DNA of 25,883 nucleotides from Candidatus Margulisiibacteriota bacterium (GTDB lineage Bacteria; Margulisbacteria; WOR-1; O2-12-FULL-45-9): NCBI GenBank assembly GCA_034723395.1, contig JAYEOW010000049.1, positions 1 to 25,883 of the forward strand, read 5' to 3'. Shown piece by piece: positions 19,051 to 25,883 of this stretch (position 1 is its first letter; each line of letters starts with the position of its first letter). The notes under the pieces were generated by a model. It saw only the letters and a program-made list of their open reading frames with translations, ran no database searches and was not told where the DNA came from. The position numbers and the translations under genes were made by a program.

Positions 19051-21083
19051 TAGTGTTTAGCACCTCCTCCTCCTTTTAGTTTTTGAAAGATTCCAACGAG
19101 TTTTTGCTGAGTTGGCGGCGGCACCTGCTCATAATGCGAGAATTTGGTTGAGAATGTCCCCTGGCCATGGGTGAAAGAGCGGAGATCGGTCGCATATTTT
19201 GCGATCTCCCCGGCAGGGACTAAAGCAACGACCTTATCAGTCTCGATATTTAGTACTTTCCCTCTTCGTTTGTTAAGGTCGCCGGTAACCTCTCCTACGT
19301 GCTCCTGAGGAACGGTGACGGTAACCTCAACGATCGGCTCAAGCAAGACTGGCCTCGCTTCGACAATGCCTTTCTTGAAACCCATTGAGGCAGCGATCTT
19401 AAAGGCGAGATCCGATGAATCGACTTCATGGTAGGAGCCGTCATAAAGGGTGATCTTCACATCCACAACCGGATAACCGGCGATCACTCCGCCAAGCATT
19501 GCTTCTTTGATCCCTTTTTCGACCGACGGGATATAATTTTTGGGGATCGCTCCACCGACGATCTTATTTACGAATTCAAAACCTTTACCGCGGGGGAGGG
19601 GTTCGATCTCGATCCAGGTGTCCCCGTATTGCCCGCGGCCGCCGGTCTGTTTTTTGTATTTTCCTTGTGCCTTTGTTTTTCCGCGAATAGTTTCTTTATA
19701 GGCGATCCTCGGCTCCCCGATCTCAATTTCGATGTTATAGCGTTCTTTTAACCGTTTTAGGATTACTTCGAGGTGAACATCCCCCATGCCGGAAATGACC
19801 GTTTCTTTAGTCTCCGCGTTATAACTCATTTTAAAGGTCGGATCTTCATGGGTAAAGTGGCCAAGCCCTAATCCCATCTTTTCCTGGTCGGATTTACTCT
19901 TTGGCTTGGCCGCAAAAGACATGACCGGTTCAGGATATTGAGCAGGAGGAATGATGACTTTTCTGTTCTTATCACATAGTGTATCGCCAGCGCCGGTTAC
20001 CTTTAATTTGGGAAGGACGGCAATATCTCCGGCAGAGAGCATCGGGATCTCATCACGGTTTTTCCCACGCATGGTGATAATCTGGCCAATTCTTTCTTCC
20101 CTCCCCTTAGATGCATTGTAGACGGTGGAAGAGGGGTTGATACTGCCGGAAAATACCCTTATATAGGTCAAGTTGCCGATATGCGGCTCGGAAACACTTT
20201 TAAATACGTAAGCCGAAAATGGGTCTTTGGGATCCTGCCTGATCATCAGATCTTCATCCTTGTCATTCTTGGCGGCGAGATCGTGGTCATTTGAAGGAGG
20301 CATCCATTCGATGATCTCATCGAGCACCTCTTCGATCCCTATCCCTTTGGTAGCTGAAGTGCAGAAAACCGGGAAGAAGATATCTTTTTCGATTGCCTTG
20401 ATGATCGTTTCCCGTAATTCTTTTTCGGTGATCTCCTTATTTTCGAGGTATTCGGTAAGGATTGTGTCATCGATATCAGCAACCCCTTCGATCATCATCT
20501 CTTTGTACTTTAAAACATCATCCTTCAGGTTGTCCGGCACTTCCGGCCGCAGAAGGTTGTGGACTCCGGAGAAATTTTCTCCAATACCGATTGGGACCTG
20601 GACGGGGACGATCTCTTTACTGTACTTCTTGCGCAAGGCTTCGAGGGTCTTGTCAAAATCGGCCTGGGATTTATCGAGTTTGTTAATAATAATAACCCGC
20701 GGCACATTGTATTGATCGGCGATCTTCCAGAGCCGCTGCAGCGATGCTCCGGGGCCGCTGACCGCGTCGACCACGATAATTAAACTGTCGACCACCCGGA
20801 TAGTTGATATGGCTTCGGCTACAAAGTCTATATATCCGGGGGTATCGATCAGGTTTATCTTGGTATTTTTCCATTCAAAAGGGAGAAGGGATGAGTGGAT
20901 ACTGATCTGTCGTTTTATCTCTTCCGGACCGTAATCGGAGGTTGTGTTCCCTTCGTTGATATTGCCAGGACGATTTATAATTCCGTCCTTAAAGAGCAGG
21001 GCTTCGCTTAGAGAGGTTTTCCCGCTCGTTCCGGAACCGATGATCCCGACATTGCGGATTTTATCTGGTGAGTACTGTTTCAT
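19050..21083 (-). CDS. fusA: elongation factor G paralogue (EF-G2 / EF-G-like)
   Basis: IRNVGIIG, G1 GSGTSGKTS, RQISI, DTPGY, NKLD, GMGDVHL, KKQTGGRGQYG, GSYHEVDSS, LLEPI. Start placed at ATG 21083 (MKQYSPDKIRN) on promoter position and family N-terminus. Confidence 0.93.
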   Translation of the reverse strand: MKQYSPDKIRNVGIIGSGTSGKTSLSEALLFKDGIINRPGNINEGNTTSDYGPEEIKRQISIHSSLLPFEWKNTKINLIDTPGYIDFVAEAISTIRVVDSLIIVVDAVSGPGASLQRLWKIADQYNVPRVIIINKLDKSQADFDKTLEALRKKYSKEIVPVQVPIGIGENFSGVHNLLRPEVPDNLKDDVLKYKEMMIEGVADIDDTILTEYLENKEITEKELRETIIKAIEKDIFFPVFCTSATKGIGIEEVLDEIIEWMPPSNDHDLAAKNDKDEDLMIRQDPKDPFSAYVFKSVSEPHIGNLTYIRVFSGSINPSSTVYNASKGREERIGQIITMRGKNRDEIPMLSAGDIAVLPKLKVTGAGDTLCDKNRKVIIPPAQYPEPVMSFAAKPKSKSDQEKMGLGLGHFTHEDPTFKMSYNAETKETVISGMGDVHLEVILKRLKERYNIEIEIGEPRIAYKETIRGKTKAQGKYKKQTGGRGQYGDTWIEIEPLPRGKGFEFVNKIVGGAIPKNYIPSVEKGIKEAMLGGVIAGYPVVDVKITLYDGSYHEVDSSDLAFKIAASMGFKKGIVEARPVLLEPIVEVTVTVPQEHVGEVTGDLNKRRGKVLNIETDKVVALVPAGEIAKYATDLRSFTHGQGTFSTKFSHYEQVPPPTQQKLVGIFQKLKGGGGAKH

Positions 21084-21097
21084 GCAGTGTCGAAAAT

Positions 21098-21149
21098 ATT
21101 GTAACACATGGTTATGGTGGTTGCAAATAGTTTTGGCATTTGTTATTCT
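21098..21149. promoter_or_regulatory. divergent sigma70-type promoter pair sharing a palindromic -35 (TTGCAA 21121-26)
   Basis: Minus strand: TTGCAA-17 nt-TACAAT (21103-21098) with extended TG. Plus strand: TTGCAA-17 nt-TATTCT (21144-49) with extended TG. Confidence 0.6.
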
Positions 21150-21158
21150 TTATTTAGT

Positions 21159-21947
21159 ATGTGGATATGGCCGTTTAAACCGAGAAGAATAGGATTGGTA
21201 CTGGGGGGAGGAGTTTCCCATGGGGTTGCCCATATCGGTGTTTTGAAGGTTATCGAGCGCTATAAGATTCCGATAGATTATATCGCCGCGACCTCTTCAG
21301 GGGCAATTGTAGGCGCCCTGTACGCAGCTGGCTTAGAGATGCATTTAATTGAAGAGCTAGCCTTGCATCTTCATTGGCGGAACCTGGTAAAGATAAGTAT
21401 TCTTCAGAAAGGAATGCTTACCACTAGGGGGGTTCACGATCGTCTGGTAGAATATCTGGGGGATAAAGAATTTAAAGATCTAAAAACACCCTTTGCGGTG
21501 GCGGCAACCTGCCTGAAGCAGGCCGAAGTCTGTATTTTGGACAAAGGGAAGGTGGCGGATGCGGTGGCGGGGTCTTCTGCCTTCCCGGGGTTCTTTTTAC
21601 CGCTGGAGATCGGTCAGCATTTGCTGGTAGACGGCGGAGTTACCGGCTATCAGGTCCCGGTAGATACTGCCAAAAAAATGGGAGCAAAATTTATTATTGC
21701 TTCTGATGTAGTCCCGATTTTTCCGGTCTCCCATCTCCCGCTAGACCCGATACATGTCTTTGAAAGGTCGGCTAATATTTTGATGCACAAACTTGCACTA
21801 TCTCAGATTTATAGAGCTGATATATTAATCCAGCCTCAAATCAGCGAAGAAGATCTCTGGCACCTGGACGAGAGTAAAGCGCGCCGCTTGATCAGTGCGG
21901 GAGAAGGGGTTGCGCTCCAGGCGCTTAAAAAGCTCCGCCGGGATTAG
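21159..21947 (+). CDS. patatin-like phospholipase (RssA/NTE family)
   Basis: IGLVLGGG...AHIGV, ATSSG nucleophile elbow, SSAFPGFF, LVDGG. Start placed at ATG 21159. Confidence 0.9.
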   Translation: MWIWPFKPRRIGLVLGGGVSHGVAHIGVLKVIERYKIPIDYIAATSSGAIVGALYAAGLEMHLIEELALHLHWRNLVKISILQKGMLTTRGVHDRLVEYLGDKEFKDLKTPFAVAATCLKQAEVCILDKGKVADAVAGSSAFPGFFLPLEIGQHLLVDGGVTGYQVPVDTAKKMGAKFIIASDVVPIFPVSHLPLDPIHVFERSANILMHKLALSQIYRADILIQPQISEEDLWHLDESKARRLISAGEGVALQALKKLRRD

Positions 21948-21952
21948 CTCCG

Positions 21953-24691
21953 ATGAAAAGATACAAAGACACCCTAAATCTGCCAAAGACCGATTTTCCT
22001 ATCCGTGTCAGCCTGGCGAAGGTCGAAGCGGAATTTTCTTTACTTTGGGATAAAGAGGATATTTATCATAAGCTCCAGGCTAAGAATAAAAACTATGGTA
22101 AATACATCCTTCATGACGGGCCCCCCTATCCGAACGGCGATATTCATCTCGGACACGCATTAAATAAAACTTTAAAAGACATAGTTATTAAACACCGATC
22201 GATGAATGGATTTCTAGCCCCTTATGTCCCGGGATGGGATTGCCACGGATTGCCGATCGAAACCCAGTTGATAAAAAAGATTGGCGATAAACGAAAAGAG
22301 ATGAGCATTACCGAGTTCCGCCAAGAATGCAAAGAGTATGCGCTGCATTATGTCGACCTTCAACGAAAAGAATTTAAGCGCCTGGGGATCTTTGGAGAAT
22401 GGGATAACCCGTATTTGACGATCGATCATTCTTACGAGGAGAAGATTGTCGAGCTTTTTGGTGTTTTATCGGAAAAGGGATATATTTATCGCGGCCTAAA
22501 ACCGATCCACTGGTGCCCGAAGTGTGAAACAGCGCTGGCGGAGGCGGAGATCGAGTATGAAGATGAAAAATCCCCATCGATCTTCGTAAAATTTGAGATT
22601 ATCGACCGCAATAGTATTCAACTGGATAAAAAATCTCCGGTGAATAACCTAAAAGAGCCGGTCTATCTCGTTATTTGGACCACAACCCCCTGGACCCTTC
22701 CAGCAAACGTGGCCATCGCCGCACATCCCGACTACGAATATGTATTTCTAAAGGCTGGAGATGAAGTTTATGTCGTTGCCGAGGGGTTGGTGGAAGATTT
22801 TATCAATCGTTTGGGGATCAAAGAGCATAAAATAATTGATAAAACCAAAGGTAAATTCTTAGAGGGGATTCTTTGCAAGCATCCATTTGTGGAACGGGAT
22901 GTAATGCTCGTTTTGGATAAGTATGTAACTCTAGAGCAGGGGACCGGATTGGTCCACATCGCTCCCGGCCATGGGGATGAGGATTATAAGGTTGGGCTAA
23001 AATATAAGCTGCCGATCGTTATGCCGGTTGATGCCAAAGGGCATTTTGATAATACCGTTCCCGAATTTATCGCCGGGATGCATTATGATAAATCAAATAA
23101 AGTGATCACGGAGAAGATGAAAGAGGATGGAACCCTTCTAAAACTGGAGTTTTTCAAGCATCCTTATCCCCACTGCTGGCGCTGTAAAAAACCTGTTATT
23201 TTCCGTGCTACTGAGCAGTGGTTTGTATCGGTTGACCATAAGGCTCTGAGGCAAAAGGCTCTAGAGGCTATAAAGAGGACTGAATGGATTCCCGGGTGGG
23301 GGGAGAATCGTATACAAGGGATGGTTGAATCGCGTCCCGACTGGTGTATTTCAAGACAGCGGTCGTGGGGTGTTCCGATCCCTGTTTTCTATTGTAAAAA
23401 ATGCGGGAAGCCGCAGATGACCGGTGTTTTTAATCAATCGATCCGTGAACTAGTTCGATCGAATGGGACTAATGGTTGGTTTGAAAAATCGGCCGAAGAA
23501 ATTTTACCAAAAGGGACCAAGTGTAAGGATTGCGGCGGGACCGAATTTGAAAAAGAGAGCGATATTTTAGATGTTTGGTTTGAGTCGGGATCTTCGCATG
23601 CGGCGGTGATCGACGGCCAGGCCGATCTCTATCTTGAGGGATCCGATCAGCATCGTGGTTGGTTCCAGACTTCACTTCTGCTCGGAATGGGATTTAAAGG
23701 AGAAGCCCCCTTTAAAGCGGTCCTTACTCACGGATTTACGATCGATGAAAAAGGGAAAAAGATGAGTAAATCTTTGGGCAACGTTATCAGTCCTCAAGAT
23801 GTTATTAAGCAATCGGGAGCAGATATTTTACGTTTATGGGTAGCTTCGACCGATTTTCGCAACGATATGGCCGCTTCGCAAAATATTTTAAAACAGGTAA
23901 AAGATGCTTATCTTAAAATTCGCAACACCTGCCGCTTTTTGCTGAGTAATTTAAATGATTATCGTGAAAACGTGGCGCTCGACTACCAGAAGATGCTGGA
24001 GATCGATAAATGGATTCTGCTCAAGCTGCATCGTTTGATCGAACGTATCCAGAAGGCGTACGAAAGCTATGAATTCCATATTGTTTATCACGCTTTATAT
24101 GGTTTTTGTGTTAACGATCTATCAGCTTATTATCTGGACATGTCAAAAGACCGCCTCTATTGCGGAGGAAAGGAATCGATTGAGCGCAGATCTGCCCAAA
24201 CAGCGATGTTTGAAATCTTAAATGTATTAATTAAACTGATGGCGCCGATCCTCTCCTTTACGGCGGAAGATATTTATCGATATATTCAAAGTGATGCGCC
24301 AAAAAAGGAGAGTGTTTTTCTGCTCGACATGCCGAAAGCGAATAAGGGTTATATTGATGAAAAGCTGGAGACCAGATGGGATAATATTTTTCAGCTAAAA
24401 GAAGAGATCAATAAAGCGATCGAGACGTTGCGGGCCAACAAAGAAATTTCCGCTTCGCTTGAAGCGCAGGTTGAGATCGGGACCAGGGGGAGGGAGTGGG
24501 TTAAAGATTTAGAAAAGATCCTGCCTATGATTATGATTGTATCTGAAACGAAATTGGTTGCCGGGGATAAGATTGTAGTTGGAAAGGCCAGCGGCGCTAA
24601 ATGCGAGCGGTGCTGGATGCTGAAGGAAGCTGTTGGCAAAAACAAAGAGCATCCGACACTTTGTGAGCGGTGCGCTTCGGTAATAAAATAA
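21953..24691 (+). CDS. ileS: isoleucine--tRNA ligase (type 1)
   Basis: LHDGPPYPNGDIHLGH, GWDCHGLPIE, WTTTPWTLP, DWCISRQR, EGSDQHRGWF, KMSKS, C-terminal CERC...CERC zinc finger. Confidence 0.98.
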   Translation: MKRYKDTLNLPKTDFPIRVSLAKVEAEFSLLWDKEDIYHKLQAKNKNYGKYILHDGPPYPNGDIHLGHALNKTLKDIVIKHRSMNGFLAPYVPGWDCHGLPIETQLIKKIGDKRKEMSITEFRQECKEYALHYVDLQRKEFKRLGIFGEWDNPYLTIDHSYEEKIVELFGVLSEKGYIYRGLKPIHWCPKCETALAEAEIEYEDEKSPSIFVKFEIIDRNSIQLDKKSPVNNLKEPVYLVIWTTTPWTLPANVAIAAHPDYEYVFLKAGDEVYVVAEGLVEDFINRLGIKEHKIIDKTKGKFLEGILCKHPFVERDVMLVLDKYVTLEQGTGLVHIAPGHGDEDYKVGLKYKLPIVMPVDAKGHFDNTVPEFIAGMHYDKSNKVITEKMKEDGTLLKLEFFKHPYPHCWRCKKPVIFRATEQWFVSVDHKALRQKALEAIKRTEWIPGWGENRIQGMVESRPDWCISRQRSWGVPIPVFYCKKCGKPQMTGVFNQSIRELVRSNGTNGWFEKSAEEILPKGTKCKDCGGTEFEKESDILDVWFESGSSHAAVIDGQADLYLEGSDQHRGWFQTSLLLGMGFKGEAPFKAVLTHGFTIDEKGKKMSKSLGNVISPQDVIKQSGADILRLWVASTDFRNDMAASQNILKQVKDAYLKIRNTCRFLLSNLNDYRENVALDYQKMLEIDKWILLKLHRLIERIQKAYESYEFHIVYHALYGFCVNDLSAYYLDMSKDRLYCGGKESIERRSAQTAMFEILNVLIKLMAPILSFTAEDIYRYIQSDAPKKESVFLLDMPKANKGYIDEKLETRWDNIFQLKEEINKAIETLRANKEISASLEAQVEIGTRGREWVKDLEKILPMIMIVSETKLVAGDKIVVGKASGAKCERCWMLKEAVGKNKEHPTLCERCASVIK

Positions 24692-24692
24692 A

Positions 24693-25883
24693 TTAAGCAG
24701 GGACTCTTTTGCTGGTTTCAACGATCCAGCGGAAGCGTTTCTCAGCCTCCTCAGGTGATTTATCTGCCAGGCTTTTAGCAATTATGTAGTAAGGAAAACT
24801 AGCCTCTTCAGCAAAGTCGACTAGATCGCTAAAAAAGTTTTTAACGGTTTTAACCGGGAGGTTTATTACGTTATATCCTAAGACCTCTGTCCAGGATTTG
24901 CCTGTGTTAGGATCTTTCAGAGCAGAGAGGGCAGAGAAAAGTTGTCCTAGATTACTAATGCCTATTTCTTCAGCCAGAGGAATCTGGTTGTGGTTGCCAA
25001 GGTAAGCAGAGTGTTTTTTCTTTAATTCTATTTCTAATGCTTTAACGGTTTTAACCGGGAGGTATATTACGCTATATCCTAAAACCTCTGTCCAGGATTT
25101 GCCTGTGTCAGGATCTTTCAGCGCAGAGAGGGCAGAGAAAAGGTGTCCTAGATTACTAATGCCTATTTCTTCAGCCAGAGGAATCTGGTTGTGGTTGCCA
25201 AGGTAAGCAGAGTGTTTTTTCTTTAATTCTATTTCTAATGCTTTAACGGTTTTAACCGGGAGGTCTATTACGTTATATCCTAAGACCTCTGTCCAGGATT
25301 TGCCTGTGTCAGGATCTTTCAGAGCAGAGAGGGCAGAGAAAAGTTGTCCTAGATTACTAATGCCAATCTTATCAGCCAGGGCAATCTGGTTGTGGTTGCC
25401 AAGATAAGCAGAATGGTTTTTCTTTGATTCTATTTCTAATGCTTTAACGGTTTTAACCGGGAGGTCTATTACGTTATATCCTAAGACCTCTGTCCAGGAT
25501 TTGCCTGTGTCAGGATCTTTCAGCGCAGAGAGGGCAGAGAAAAGGTGTCCTAGATTACTAATGCCTATTTCTTCAGCCAGGGCAATCTGGTTGTGGTTGC
25601 CGATGTAGGGAGAGTGTTTTTTCTTTAATTCAATTTCTAATGCTTTAACGGTTTTAACCGGGAGGTTTATTACGTTATATCCTAAGACCTCTGTCCAGGA
25701 TTTGCCTGTGTCAGGATCTTTCAGCGCAGAGAGGGCAGAGAAAAGCTGGCTGAGATGACTAATGCCTATTTCTTCAGCCAGGGCAATCTGGTTGTGGTTT
25801 CCGATGTAGGAGGAATGACCTTTTCTAAGTTCTTTTTCAAGTTCCTTCACAGTTTTAACCGGGAGGTCTATGTAGTTATATCC
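24693..25883 (-). CDS. tandem-repeat protein (67-aa units), 5'-truncated by the window edge
   Basis: Frame is open to 25883 (GYNYIDLPVKTVKELE...), so the ORF-track GTG start at 25850 is an internal Val. At least 5.2 repeat units, then a unique 48-aa C-terminus. Confidence 0.85.
   Translation of the reverse strand, partial: GYNYIDLPVKTVKELEKELRKGHSSYIGNHNQIALAEEIGISHLSQLFSALSALKDPDTGKSWTEVLGYNVINLPVKTVKALEIELKKKHSPYIGNHNQIALAEEIGISNLGHLFSALSALKDPDTGKSWTEVLGYNVIDLPVKTVKALEIESKKNHSAYLGNHNQIALADKIGISNLGQLFSALSALKDPDTGKSWTEVLGYNVIDLPVKTVKALEIELKKKHSAYLGNHNQIPLAEEIGISNLGHLFSALSALKDPDTGKSWTEVLGYSVIYLPVKTVKALEIELKKKHSAYLGNHNQIPLAEEIGISNLGQLFSALSALKDPNTGKSWTEVLGYNVINLPVKTVKNFFSDLVDFAEEASFPYYIIAKSLADKSPEEAEKRFRWIVETSKRVPA
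24840..25883. repeat. 201-bp direct tandem repeat, at least 5.2 copies
   Basis: TTAACGGTTTTAACCGGGAGG recurs at 24841, 25042, 25243, 25444 and 25645, with a diverged copy at 25846; no indels between units. Confidence 0.98.

Noticed and set aside
21084..21158. Longer starts for EF-G2 (21107) and patatin (21108)
   Set aside because: They would leave no intergenic space, the added residues do not resemble either family, and the promoter motifs lie inside them.
19428..21192. Plus-strand and alternate-frame ORFs overlapping EF-G2
   Set aside because: Shadows of the EF-G2 coding sequence with no supporting motifs.
21900..21953. T-box riboswitch upstream of ileS
   Set aside because: Only 5 nt are intergenic, and no T-box motif or terminator is visible.
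25848..25850. GTG start of the repeat protein given by the ORF track
   Set aside because: It is the Val of the repeated PVKTVK motif; the frame and the repeat continue to the window end.
24840..25883. CRISPR array
   Set aside because: Units are contiguous 201-bp coding repeats with no unique spacers, and no cas genes are present.
24840..25883. Diversity-generating retroelement: position-50 codons vary AAC/GAC/TAC, and AAC/AGC and GAC/AAC changes also occur
   Set aside because: No reverse transcriptase or separate template repeat in the window, and several differences do not involve adenine (GCG/GCT, GCC/CCT). Worth rechecking only if an RT lies beyond the edge.
1..25883. tRNA, rRNA, integrase or transposase genes
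   Set aside because: None seen; nearly all sequence is accounted for by the listed CDSs, and intergenic gaps are under 90 bp.

Overview
Bacterial chromosomal window. Bases 1-14.9 kb hold a compact S10-spc-alpha ribosomal superoperon: rplC to rplO with no rpmD, then secY, adk, map, infA, rpmJ, rpsM, rpsK, rpsD, rpoA, rplQ, rplM, rpsI. It continues into a BCAM0308-like small gene, a class V aminotransferase, truA and serA. Next come a minus-strand EF-G2 (fusA paralogue) with a coupled 65-aa ORF, a divergent patatin-ileS unit and, at the right edge, a truncated minus-strand gene built from near-identical 201-bp (67-aa) tandem repeats. The gene order and lack of L30 resemble Cyanobacteria and their uncultured sister lineages; this placement is an unverified inference. 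Most notable: (1) the 67-aa repeat protein has an HTH-like core and a few recurrently variable residues, so it is a candidate modular nucleic-acid-binding array; (2) short GC-rich palindromic elements sit in frame in the terminal extensions of four ribosomal protein genes; (3) a symmetric bidirectional promoter shares one palindromic -35 between EF-G2 and patatin; (4) a Rex/CRP-type palindrome lies upstream of serA.
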